Positions 40,616 through 50,505 of a stretch of 64,000 nt of DNA are shown here, piece by piece. The notes under the pieces were generated by a model. That model searched no databases and was not told the DNA's origin. It saw nothing but the letters and a program-made list of their open reading frames with translations. Each line of letters opens with the position of its first letter. Position 1 is the first letter of the stretch. A program made the translations under genes and the position numbers. This stretch comes from an uncultured Gammaproteobacteria bacterium (GTDB lineage: Bacteria > Patescibacteriota > Microgenomatia > Levybacterales > UBA12049): positions 2,591-66,590 of the forward strand of contig CAZEJU010000006.1 of NCBI GenBank assembly GCA_964512695.1. Direction: 5' to 3'.

Positions 40616-42142
40616 TTATGTACGTCTCCTTTCATAAAGAACATGGAATGCATACATTGTTATACTCGTCAAAATAATGCACGCAGCTATTAGAAATACG
40701 TAAGAATATGCAGACCAGCTGTTTTTTAAGAAAAGATTATAAATTAGCGAGCTGACCATATTATCGTCTACAAGCTGTAAATTATATTCATATGTATATG
40801 GAATAGGCTTCATAAGACTCATTGCTTCTTGTTTTGGAGGGATTGCAGCAGTTGTTACGACACCGAGAACATTTACAAAAACACTATACACAAAAGAAAC
40901 AAAGAAAAATAATGTAAAAATTACATTTTTATAGAATCTTTGAATAGCAATACTGGTCATAACTGCTAGTATGGCTGCAGACGGAATAAGATATCGTGGC
41001 CCAAATGCCCACCCCCCCCATGGATCACCGAACATCGAATAAAGAATAATATTTACACCCACTAATGATAAGAGTACGTTTATAAAAGTTACGTTTCGTT
41101 TTTTATTATATAAGATGATAAATCCCAGAATTCCAAAAAGTATTACCGGACTATAATATAACCAGGCTCTCTCGTTGCTTAAGAGTAAAACATTCATACC
41201 TTGTACCTGCAGCCGCGATTGGAAAGGAAATAAAGATTTTTTATCTTTCGCTCCACTTGCTATAGTTGAGGTCGAAGTTTGCTTTTTCCCAAATACCTGT
41301 TGGTAATCAGTACGTCCAATTGTTTGCCCAGTCTTTAAAAGAGAACCTGTAGTGGTTTTATTGTACCAAGCAAAAAGCGACATAAAAGGTAATACTCCAA
41401 TAACTATTGTGAGAATGGAAGTTCTACATGTTATGAGGAATGACTGTCTTACTTTTTCCAGTGAAAAGTGTTTTATGACTATGTAGGAAGCAATTGGAAA
41501 TAAAAGTATTATATTAGGAATGTCAACAAGAATAGCGAATCCCAGAATACATCCAAACAAGACATTTTTAACTATAGTTCTTTCTCCGATGGCATTTCGC
41601 AAGGCTAGAAGAATAAGCAATGTGGTTACATGATGTTGCGTGTATGTATTAGCGTAAGTTAATGCATTTGTTGCAAAAAGAAAAATAAGACCTCCAATAT
41701 ATGCTGTATATTTATTTGCTCCCAGTGACCTACTAATTGACGTTATAAGAAACATATTAGCTAAAGCTATCAAGGTTATCGAAAAAAAGGTAAAGAGCTG
41801 CGGCATAGAGAGAAATCTGCCAAAAAAATAAAAAGGAATACCTATAAGCGATACACCCGGTGTGAAAATAGTGTAAAATCTTTTTTTATAATAAACCAAA
41901 TCCGGTGAGGCGAATTTTGCTTGCTGGTTCGTAAAGGATAAAGAATGATTTTCCACTATAGCTTCGGTGAGCGCGTATCGGGAGGTACTGTTAGAAGCTT
42001 CATACGGTCCACCAACGTTCGTCGCTTTTTCTTTCTGGTAGGCAATAGGATTCCCTTTATCACCTTTTACAGTAAGTAAAAGAATAAGCAGTGGAATTAT
42101 AACCATACAGATTTTTGTTAAGAATTGGAATAGTCTTTTCAT
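40616..42142 (-). CDS. GT-C-like multi-pass membrane protein
   Basis: SRYALT.AIVE, PG.S....PFY, WGGWAFGPRYL.P. Confidence 0.72.
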   Translation of the reverse strand: MKRLFQFLTKICMVIIPLLILLLTVKGDKGNPIAYQKEKATNVGGPYEASNSTSRYALTEAIVENHSLSFTNQQAKFASPDLVYYKKRFYTIFTPGVSLIGIPFYFFGRFLSMPQLFTFFSITLIALANMFLITSISRSLGANKYTAYIGGLIFLFATNALTYANTYTQHHVTTLLILLALRNAIGERTIVKNVLFGCILGFAILVDIPNIILLFPIASYIVIKHFSLEKVRQSFLITCRTSILTIVIGVLPFMSLFAWYNKTTTGSLLKTGQTIGRTDYQQVFGKKQTSTSTIASGAKDKKSLFPFQSRLQVQGMNVLLLSNERAWLYYSPVILFGILGFIILYNKKRNVTFINVLLSLVGVNIILYSMFGDPWGGWAFGPRYLIPSAAILAVMTSIAIQRFYKNVIFTLFFFVSFVYSVFVNVLGVVTTAAIPPKQEAMSLMKPIPYTYEYNLQLVDDNMVSSLIYNLFLKNSWSAYSYVFLIAACIILTSITMYAFHVLYERRRT

Positions 42143-42154
42143 ATCTTATAATAA

Positions 42155-44359
42155 TTAACTGTGAACCTTTGTATTATATATGATAGGCCTATAATTTTCA
42201 ACTAAACGTGCAGCGTATACTGGTAAATAGCTACCAAATGTAGCTAAAATAGATCTAGATCTATTATAAATAGTTAAAACTTCTCTTTTAACATCGTCTG
42301 TTAGACCGACTAAATATCTTTCACTGCGGGCATACTGCTCATGTCTTAAAGACACCATTGCAAGAAGCTGAATTGTGTAATAGATTGATAGACGGATAAA
42401 GGCCTCTTTATCACGATTCGTGAGTTTTCTTTCTTTAATAAGCACTTTAATGCCTTCTATACCTATTTTTCCATACCAAAATCTGGCAATATAAGCCAAG
42501 TCGGTATTTTTTTCCGCTAAAACCATAATTTCAGAATCTAGGATACTTATGTTTTTTTTATCGATCAGTATATTTTTTTCATGTAAATCACGATGTGAGA
42601 CAACATACTCTTTTTTTATAAAAAGCGATGAAAAAATTAATTTATAGAATTCAATACTGTTAGTGAATATTGCGTGCGCCAGCGAAGGTTTTTTTATAAA
42701 AGCTAAAAGTGCATATAAAGGAAATGTATATGCCATACTATTTGACTTTCTTACCGCTAATATTTTTTTATCATCATCACTTAATTTCTTGTTTAAAATT
42801 GTAAGTCCTTTTAAACAGGCTGATAAAACTGATATCTGCGTTTTGGTGGGTTGTGTTGTAAGCATCTTACCTTCTCTATACTCCGATAAAAGTGAAAGTT
42901 CATTTGCTGATGTATGAAAGCCGATTACTTTAGGAAAATTGATTGTATACTGCTGAACTCGAATTTTATGTATTTTTTTTAACATTGATAATATTCGCCA
43001 TACGTTATATGTTTGTATGTACTCTAATGTTTTTCCTTGATAGGGTATTTGCCGAATGATAACTTTTTCTTTAGCATCATTCATATATAATCTGGTTCTA
43101 TGCACTAAATTTGATGAGGGAGATTTTAGTTCTTTTAAAAAACTAAATCCACTTACTGGAGAATAGGTAACTTTTTTATGGAGTTTTTTATAAAAGAAGG
43201 ATAACAACTTACCGTTTAGCGAATCAAGTAAGGCAAAATTGTCATTTACATTATCTTTTTTGTTATTTTCAACAATTCCGTGAAAGAATGTTAAGTATTG
43301 TTCTGTAATGCTATCCCAAGAATACCTTTTAGCAACTTTCTTATATGCCGCAATATTTGCTTTTAGTTTTCCTTTCTCTGCGGTTTTTAACAATATTTTT
43401 GCATACTCATTAAAGTTAAAAGGAACAGCTTTTTCTATGCCTGTATTTCTCGTCCACTCAAGGCCTTTTATATTAAAACTTACCACAGGAACTCCGCTTG
43501 CTAACGCTTCGAGTGTAAATAATGAAAAACCTTCATATCGTGATGGTAAAGCTACAACAGCAGCATGTTTAAGAAGCGAACGCTTCTTATTATCATATGC
43601 AGGGCCTACTAAAGAGACTTTCCCTTCTAGACCTAACTGATGGATCATATCTTCTATACGTTTTTTATCTGGTCCATGTCCTGCTATAACTAGCGGATAC
43701 ATAGTCTTACTGGAAATTTTTTTGTACGCATGAAGTAATATATCTATACCTTTCTGGCTTATGTCTAATCTTCCTAAAAATAATATGTACTTTCTCTTTG
43801 CAGGTTGATTTGTAAAATATTCATCGCCTACTCCTTCATGAATTACTGTAGTTTTAGTATGAGAGTTTAGTTCAGTTATTTTTTTAGCAGCAGAGTTTGT
43901 GCTTGCAATAAAATATTTGTAGAGTCGTGACCCATATTTCTCAACTTTATCGAAGGGTAAATGGTAAATATTGGCAAATCTATTTGCTTCAAAAGATGTA
44001 GATTTTCCAACTACTGGAATTCTTGTAAAGAGAGGAGAACATAGTGTCGAGATGGGTGCAGTAAAACACTCGATGATAATGTCAGCCTGAAGTCTTCTGA
44101 CAATAAAGGGCAGCGAAAAGATATACGCAATGTTATTCAATCTGATATTTTTTGTTCCAACTCCTATATGTCTATAATAAATTCCTTTCTCAAACCTATC
44201 TTTATATCCTGGATATCGAGAACTGATAACGGTGACTTTATGTCCTTTCTTTATCATTCGCGATGCCACTTCATATGTAGAACGTGCTTGCCCAGCACCT
44301 AAAAAAGGATTTTTAATATCATCAAAGTCAAGAAAAATTATATGTAATGATTCTTTCAT
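42155..44359 (-). CDS. GT4 glycosyltransferase fused to APH/choline-kinase-like phosphotransferase
   Basis: FLGRL...KG, PSRYEGF....LEALASG.PVV; C-terminal HRDLHEKNIL...ILDSE. Confidence 0.85.
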   Translation of the reverse strand: MKESLHIIFLDFDDIKNPFLGAGQARSTYEVASRMIKKGHKVTVISSRYPGYKDRFEKGIYYRHIGVGTKNIRLNNIAYIFSLPFIVRRLQADIIIECFTAPISTLCSPLFTRIPVVGKSTSFEANRFANIYHLPFDKVEKYGSRLYKYFIASTNSAAKKITELNSHTKTTVIHEGVGDEYFTNQPAKRKYILFLGRLDISQKGIDILLHAYKKISSKTMYPLVIAGHGPDKKRIEDMIHQLGLEGKVSLVGPAYDNKKRSLLKHAAVVALPSRYEGFSLFTLEALASGVPVVSFNIKGLEWTRNTGIEKAVPFNFNEYAKILLKTAEKGKLKANIAAYKKVAKRYSWDSITEQYLTFFHGIVENNKKDNVNDNFALLDSLNGKLLSFFYKKLHKKVTYSPVSGFSFLKELKSPSSNLVHRTRLYMNDAKEKVIIRQIPYQGKTLEYIQTYNVWRILSMLKKIHKIRVQQYTINFPKVIGFHTSANELSLLSEYREGKMLTTQPTKTQISVLSACLKGLTILNKKLSDDDKKILAVRKSNSMAYTFPLYALLAFIKKPSLAHAIFTNSIEFYKLIFSSLFIKKEYVVSHRDLHEKNILIDKKNISILDSEIMVLAEKNTDLAYIARFWYGKIGIEGIKVLIKERKLTNRDKEAFIRLSIYYTIQLLAMVSLRHEQYARSERYLVGLTDDVKREVLTIYNRSRSILATFGSYLPVYAARLVENYRPIIYNTKVHS

Positions 44360-47300
44360 ATATTTATAGTTTCCTCTTGAGCTAGAAATATATCTCCGTA
44401 TCGTGGGAAATCCGCCTGTTTCGGTAGTACACCTTGTATAATCGAATCAAGAGCTTCTGCACTTTTCTCCCATGTAAATCTTTTAGACCAAACAGTAGAC
44501 TTAGTGGACAACTTCTGTAATAGTTTTTTATCTTCTATGGTTACCAGCATTGCAGTACAGAACGCTTCAACGTTTCCACACTCAATAAGAAGACCCGTTT
44601 CCTTATCGACAACTGAATCTTTTAGTCCATTAACGCGCGATGCAATAACCGGCGTTCCGCTAGAATTAGCTTCGATAACTGTTATACCCCATCCTTCAAC
44701 TTGTGAAGGCTGTATCATAACCCAACTTTCCGCTAGTAATTGTGCTTTAAGGTCGTTAGATACTTTTCCGTAAAATATAACATTTCTTTCTATTTTTAGC
44801 TGTTGTGCTAATTGTTGTAAAGAATGAAGACTTTCACCTTCACCAACAATTCTAAGTACCGCAGTTTTATGGGTACGCAGAACTTTCGCAAATGCTTTAA
44901 TTGCAATATCAATATTTTTATGTGGTTTTAAACGACCTAAATAAATGAATGATGGATACCTCGTTTTTTTTCTCGGTTTAAATACTGTTGCATCAATTCC
45001 GTTGTAAACAATTTCAATATTTTCTGGGTGGGAAAAACCCAGATCTATAATAGACTTTTTAGAAGATTCAGAAACTGTTATCACAGGTTTATTTCTATAT
45101 GCATACGGCATAAGTTTCGATTCCATGATTGCTACAAGCTTCGCAACAGGATAGATGAGATATTTCCTAAACACTTCTTGATGAACATGATGAATTATTA
45201 AGAAAATAGGTTTACGAACGTAGAAGGGGGAAAAAAATGGAATGCCGTTCTCACAGTCTATGACAACATCCGTCTTTTTTCTTAAAAAGAAAACATAGTA
45301 TATAACTGCCCAAATATATACAGTATAAGCTCCTCCTCGTCGGATAATACGAACTCCATCAATAATTTCGTTTCTAGGAGACTTCTTATCATTTCCACAA
45401 AATACTGTTACATCTTTTCCTTGAGTCACCCACCTTTTTGCGATTTCATGTATATATACTTCAGCGCCTCCTGACCATTTATGTCTTGTATCTCGCCAGT
45501 TTAAGAATAGAATAGCCTGTTTCTTATCAGTATTATCTTCGGTAACAATCTGATTTTCTTTACTAATAAGTGCTCCTAAAGCTTTTTCAAATGCAATAAC
45601 AGTTTTGTTATTTCTGTGGAGAAATAACATAACAAGTAAATGAAATTGCCCAAGTGCTGCCATCGTATATACAAAATCTAAAAGAGTGGCATGTCTGAAT
45701 GTAATCAGTGTTATTTGTACGAATGATAACAACACCACAGTAGCGGGGAATGTATATATATTTTTAGCCAAATAATAAGAGACAATAGTTTTAGAGATGG
45801 TAAAACAGAACATACCGAAAGAGAATGCAAATACATAGGGTAGTATATAGGATGCTTTTTCGCCAAATAATAGGGGTAACGAAATGCTTCCAAGAATCCC
45901 GAAAGCAATAAATCCAATCCCGCTCACTACGCCAGTACTAATCACTGAGTAATAAAAGAGAAGCTCTGTATTTTTATTTTTTCCTTCTAACTTACTAACA
46001 AATGGAATTACAAATTGAGTTGTTAGACCACCTAAGAAGAAAATCATCTTTCCACATAAAGAAAGTAATGCATATTTTCCTGCTTCTTCCGGGGCTAAGA
46101 AATGATTCGCAAGTAAGATATCAACACTCATGAACGTAACATTGGCAATACTTGCTAATATAGAAGCTGAAAAAAACTTACTTGGAAATGCTAAAGCTTC
46201 GGTGGAAACAGTACTTTTTATAAGTTTTATAAAACGAGGTATAAAAAATGCCGAAGAAACATATGCTAATACGAATGCTAAAGGTATAGCTATATATACA
46301 TAATTCTCATATCCAGAATAAATTAAAATTACACTTAAAATTACTTTATAGAAAGGTTCGATAAGAATTGCGCCAGCTAAGTTAATAAATAGTAACTTAC
46401 CAGATAGATAGCCTCTATCCACTGAAAACCTAAAACCAACGAGCCAAACTAAAGAAAAGAACACAAATGGAAGTATGGACTGTGTTTTAAAAAGCGACTG
46501 TAATGTCGGAGATATTATTAACCAAACTGTTGCACTTACAAGCGAAACTAGAACAACTTGATTTCTCATGAAGCCCCAGAAGGCAGCTGCAGTTTGTTTG
46601 TTATATCGACTTTCAGACAGTGCAGTTTTATGACTTATAGCTGCTTGTAAAGAAGAAAAGGGAACACTTGCAAGATATGCTAAGCTTGCGACAAGACTTA
46701 TAATACTAATTGTCTCTAATGAAATAGTAGGTATTCTATAAATTATAATGTTATAAACTAAATTCATTATATGTGCGCCTGTAACTGCCATCATTAAGAT
46801 TGAGCTTGTAATAATGTTTCTTTTATATGGCGTAAGCATTTTTATTACATTAGAAAGTATGTTAAATTGGAGAGAAAAAGATTTTCTTACAGGCTTAACT
46901 ATTGGTGTCTCGACTTCTATCTGAATAGCAGGAATAATCGCTTTCTTTTTCTTTTGTAGATGCAATCCGTGAATTGTTTTCTCCCAGTAATGAGGTTTAA
47001 AGATAAGCTGGTATAATGCAACCCATCCTGCAATACTTACCATTAACCAATATATAGGTATAAAAAGAGCTGAGTAAATTAAGTCCCACTGTTTTCTCTT
47101 CGCACATCCGATCATGTAGTAATATAAAAAGAGGAAATTACCAAATACGAGAGAGATTGCGCCCAGGTAAAAAGCAGGAGCTATATAAACGAGTTCTAAA
47201 GTTGGTCCGACAATAGAATATAAAGCAAAATAGGAAATAGTAGCAAGCCACAAGAAAGGATTGAGGAAAATAAACGTTAATTTACTTCCGATTGTCAATT

Positions 47301-49113
47301 GAAAAAGAAATGCATGGATTCCTTTACTCTTTCCAAATGACCAGATATCTCGCATGTGGACAAGATAAGACTGAAGGTAACCTTTTATCCACCGTGAACG
47401 CTGACGAATCCAGTTACGAGGGTTACTGTTAGCTTCTTCTAATGTTACTGAATCAATAATGGCTGTTTTATATCCTTCTTTAAATAACCGAATACCTAAA
47501 TCAGCATCTTCTGTAACGTTAAATGTATCCCATCCTTGCAGTTTTCTCAGGTATGATGTTCTAAAATGATTACTTGTTCCACCAAGAGGAATATTCGTAT
47601 TAATTGATTGTAATCCTGGTAATATGAGGTCAAACCATAAAGAGTATTCTGCAGAGAAGAATTTCGTTAACCAGTTCTGATGAGGATTATAATAATTAAG
47701 TTTTGCCTGTAAACAGATGGTTTTTTCAGATTGTTTTAAAAATCCAATATATGCTTTTTTAAGTTGTAATGGATCTGGTATATCTTCTGCGTCATAAATA
47801 ACTATATATTCACCCTTCGCAATGTTTAGACCATAGTTACAAGCCTTTGGCTTAGTCTTTGGTTGCGACAAAGGGACTATTACGGGTCTAACAAAAAATG
47901 GTAGCCTCATTTTCTTTATTTCCGCAATTGTGTCGGTATCGTCCTCTTCAAGCAATAAAATAACATCCAGTTTACGCTTCGGCCATTCTAATTTTTCAAT
48001 TGCATTTAAAAACTGTGGGAGAATTGCTGCTTCTTTATATAAAGGGCAGAGAATTGAATAAATGGGTAATTCATCATCCGGGATGAGATTAACCTCACGA
48101 TCATCAATATTTATCTCAGGATTATTCCGTAAGCTTCGCATGATAACGTATAGATTGAAGAGAACATCAATAAAATAAACTACGCTTATAATGGTGATAG
48201 CAGTTCTAGCAGTAGTTAATGGCCACAAAAAACTACTTGTCACGAAGAAAGCTATAAGAAGGAAAATAATAAAAAGCTGAGATCGTACGAATGTCTGTAA
48301 AGCTGTTTTGTGATAGGGGAGGCTCGTGTGGGTAATATATCTATTTTTCTTATACCCAATGCCAGCACCGATCATAGAATCTTTTCTCATAGCTGGAATA
48401 CTGATGGGTTTCATGCGCGTAAGTTTAACGAGTAACGCATTTGAACCTATTTCCAACACTTGTTTTAAGTAATGAACTTTAGAAGATCCATTTTCCCTCG
48501 GAGCAAATGCTATATCATAATTAACAATTTTATACCCGGCTTCTCTTGCTCTATAGAGAAACTCTAAATCAAATGTCCATGGAGAACGTGGAATTGCTCT
48601 TAAAGCTAAAAATACATCTTTTCTGAAAACTTTTAGACCTGATTGAACATCAGTACGTAATCCGAAAAGTGCTGTTCCAAAAAGCGATCGAAAGCCTCTA
48701 CTTAATACTCTCCGTAACTTGGATGCCTGAAACTTCTTTCTGTTTGCTACGACGATATCACCTTTCTCAAGCATGTGAATCATACCTGGAATTGCCGATG
48801 GGGGATATTGTAAATCACCATCAATCATAACCAGAACATCACCGTGGGCTTTATGAAACCCTTCAAGAAGAGAATATGATTTACCAGGTTTGCCTAGTTT
48901 TTTATAAACAAAAACCTGTGGTGATGTTTTAGATTGTTTATTTAAATATTCAAAAGTGCCGTCTGTAGACATATCATCCATATAAACAAGTTCAAACGGC
49001 ACACGCATTGCTTTTAACTCTGCCAGCAGAAGCTTGTTCAGGGTTTTTACATTGCCAATTTCGTTGAAAACAGGAATAATGACGCTTATTTTTTTGAAAT
49101 TATTTTTTTTCAT
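44356..49113 (-). CDS. Four-domain fusion: GT2 (DPM-synthase-like) + processive GT2 + Wzx-like flippase + GT4
   Basis: IIPVFNE/DD.STDGT/DGDLQ; KPKACNYG/YDAED/TEDAD/QRSRW; ~12-TM segment with D.LLA.HFL....AG.Y; EGWGITVIEA. Confidence 0.88.
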   Translation of the reverse strand: MKKNNFKKISVIIPVFNEIGNVKTLNKLLLAELKAMRVPFELVYMDDMSTDGTFEYLNKQSKTSPQVFVYKKLGKPGKSYSLLEGFHKAHGDVLVMIDGDLQYPPSAIPGMIHMLEKGDIVVANRKKFQASKLRRVLSRGFRSLFGTALFGLRTDVQSGLKVFRKDVFLALRAIPRSPWTFDLEFLYRAREAGYKIVNYDIAFAPRENGSSKVHYLKQVLEIGSNALLVKLTRMKPISIPAMRKDSMIGAGIGYKKNRYITHTSLPYHKTALQTFVRSQLFIIFLLIAFFVTSSFLWPLTTARTAITIISVVYFIDVLFNLYVIMRSLRNNPEINIDDREVNLIPDDELPIYSILCPLYKEAAILPQFLNAIEKLEWPKRKLDVILLLEEDDTDTIAEIKKMRLPFFVRPVIVPLSQPKTKPKACNYGLNIAKGEYIVIYDAEDIPDPLQLKKAYIGFLKQSEKTICLQAKLNYYNPHQNWLTKFFSAEYSLWFDLILPGLQSINTNIPLGGTSNHFRTSYLRKLQGWDTFNVTEDADLGIRLFKEGYKTAIIDSVTLEEANSNPRNWIRQRSRWIKGYLQSYLVHMRDIWSFGKSKGIHAFLFQLTIGSKLTFIFLNPFLWLATISYFALYSIVGPTLELVYIAPAFYLGAISLVFGNFLFLYYYMIGCAKRKQWDLIYSALFIPIYWLMVSIAGWVALYQLIFKPHYWEKTIHGLHLQKKKKAIIPAIQIEVETPIVKPVRKSFSLQFNILSNVIKMLTPYKRNIITSSILMMAVTGAHIMNLVYNIIIYRIPTISLETISIISLVASLAYLASVPFSSLQAAISHKTALSESRYNKQTAAAFWGFMRNQVVLVSLVSATVWLIISPTLQSLFKTQSILPFVFFSLVWLVGFRFSVDRGYLSGKLLFINLAGAILIEPFYKVILSVILIYSGYENYVYIAIPLAFVLAYVSSAFFIPRFIKLIKSTVSTEALAFPSKFFSASILASIANVTFMSVDILLANHFLAPEEAGKYALLSLCGKMIFFLGGLTTQFVIPFVSKLEGKNKNTELLFYYSVISTGVVSGIGFIAFGILGSISLPLLFGEKASYILPYVFAFSFGMFCFTISKTIVSYYLAKNIYTFPATVVLLSFVQITLITFRHATLLDFVYTMAALGQFHLLVMLFLHRNNKTVIAFEKALGALISKENQIVTEDNTDKKQAILFLNWRDTRHKWSGGAEVYIHEIAKRWVTQGKDVTVFCGNDKKSPRNEIIDGVRIIRRGGAYTVYIWAVIYYVFFLRKKTDVVIDCENGIPFFSPFYVRKPIFLIIHHVHQEVFRKYLIYPVAKLVAIMESKLMPYAYRNKPVITVSESSKKSIIDLGFSHPENIEIVYNGIDATVFKPRKKTRYPSFIYLGRLKPHKNIDIAIKAFAKVLRTHKTAVLRIVGEGESLHSLQQLAQQLKIERNVIFYGKVSNDLKAQLLAESWVMIQPSQVEGWGITVIEANSSGTPVIASRVNGLKDSVVDKETGLLIECGNVEAFCTAMLVTIEDKKLLQKLSTKSTVWSKRFTWEKSAEALDSIIQGVLPKQADFPRYGDIFLAQEETINI

Positions 49114-49116
49114 AAT

Positions 49117-49332
49117 TTATGAATTTGAATATAAATTCGAATGGTTTTTTCTAACTTTATGTTCGCGGATAAACTTTTCTAAGGAAGATTTCTGAATACG
49201 GTAATGACCACCAAATTCGATGGCTTCGAGTTTATGTTCTTTAATATACTTATATACTGTAAGAACACTTAATTTGAGGAATTGTGAGACTTCCTGCACC
49301 GTATACAATATTTCGCTTTCTATATTGTTCAT
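49117..49332 (-). CDS. Excisionase-like HTH_17 (BldC-type) DNA-binding protein
   Basis: LYTVQEVSQFLKLS..TVYKYI....L.A...GG.YRI....L..FI; first gene of the glycan operon. Confidence 0.9.
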   Translation of the reverse strand: MNNIESEILYTVQEVSQFLKLSVLTVYKYIKEHKLEAIEFGGHYRIQKSSLEKFIREHKVRKNHSNLYSNS

Positions 49333-49411
49333 AAAAGTACCGGGCAGGTATTCTATTCATGCTACTTTACACAAAAAACACATCCTATAGAAGATGAGTT
49401 TAAGATTTCTT

Positions 49412-49504
49412 TATATAGCATATATAGGCTTATACTGTCAAGCTTTAACTATAATTTGGTTATAGTAAGTTATACTAACTTAACTATTCTATTAGTTATT
49501 TATA
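49412..49504 (-). promoter_or_regulatory. Promoter of HTH-glycan operon with phased TTATA/TTAAC repeats upstream
   Basis: TTGACA (49436-49441) and TGCTATATA; plus-strand GGTTATA, AGTTATA, ACTTAAC at 10-bp spacing (49458, 49468, 49478). Confidence 0.55.
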
Positions 49505-49696
49505 CTCTTTTCTGTACGTAAACTTACAAATTGATACAGTGTTACTTATTGACAAGATAAGATTATTTTCTCACTATATATGTATACGAATTTTTTAATT
49601 TAAATACTTCGAATTAATGCTAAGTTAATTTTTATAAATGTGAACATATGAGGAATGTTCTCATTCGAATAGATTCGTACAAGAGGGGGTGATGAT

Positions 49697-49852
49697 ATGG
49701 CAGTAAATAAAAAAACACAAAAAGCTCAACCTAAGAAGATACACCATAAAGTTGCAAATCATTTGGAGAAACCCGTTAGTACATTATTCGGATATACGAT
49801 CATACTTATGTTCTTAGTTGCAACGCTTGTAATTCTCGCAACCTATTTTTAG
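49697..49852 (+). CDS. Unannotated 51-aa tail-anchored small protein
   Basis: SD GAGGGGGTGA; MAVNKKTQKAQPKKIHHKVANHLEKPVSTLFGYTIILMFLVATLVILATYF*; TTGACA upstream at 49549. Confidence 0.7.
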   Translation: MAVNKKTQKAQPKKIHHKVANHLEKPVSTLFGYTIILMFLVATLVILATYF

Positions 49853-49858
49853 TTGAAT

Positions 49859-50422
49859 TTATTCTTGTTTGGCAAAAATAAGCAATCGTTTTAAAGATGT
49901 ACCTATTGGTGTACATGTTTGTACGATTAATTGATCTTTATCTAAATTTTCCAAAAATTCGGTTTCGTTAGGCCAAACTTCTTTTTTATCAAAAACAAGA
50001 AAACGATAGTCTTTTTTCTTATATCTTAGAAAAATTATGTCGTTTTTTTGTAATTCTCCTAATCGAAAGAAGATTGTGTTATACCTAGATATCTCCCAAG
50101 GCGAACCAGATGAATGAGCAAACAAATATATCGTACCTCTAGTTCCGGGTAAAGCACTCCCTTTTGCATGTGCAACTCCTTTTTTTAAAGCTTCATTATA
50201 TATTTTCTCATTCCATGGATCGACTTTTTCCACTATAGGAGCATATGCATGAATTTTTGGAATGGCAATCGTAGTACCTTCAGATATGGCTGGTTTGACA
50301 GGCTGGGTTAAGGGGGGAAATATGTATATTTTTATAATTGGATAAAATGTGTAAAGAAGTCCAACTATCGATACTATAATTAAAAAATTGCTGAAATAAT
50401 AAAGAATTTTCGGATTTTTCAT
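49859..50422 (-). CDS. Sortase
   Basis: N-terminal TM, IPKI, L.KGVAH..GS.LPG, FAHS, QTCTP.GT..KRL. Confidence 0.92.
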   Translation of the reverse strand: MKNPKILYYFSNFLIIVSIVGLLYTFYPIIKIYIFPPLTQPVKPAISEGTTIAIPKIHAYAPIVEKVDPWNEKIYNEALKKGVAHAKGSALPGTRGTIYLFAHSSGSPWEISRYNTIFFRLGELQKNDIIFLRYKKKDYRFLVFDKKEVWPNETEFLENLDKDQLIVQTCTPIGTSLKRLLIFAKQE

Positions 50423-50460
50423 GAACTTGGGAATGATTCTACAGAAAAGCAGGAAAATTA

Positions 50461-50494
50461 GCAAAAAAAACCCCGCTTGTGGCGGGGTTTTTGC
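50461..50494. terminator. Bidirectional intrinsic terminator
   Basis: AAAAACCCCGC-TTGTG-GCGGGGTTTTT. Confidence 0.85.
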
Positions 50495-50505
50495 TACAAC
50501 AGAAC

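Noticed and set aside
49117-49332. Excisionase as evidence of a prophage or ICE
   Set aside because: No integrase, att duplication or phage genes seen; it is 3 bp from the GT gene and fits a regulator
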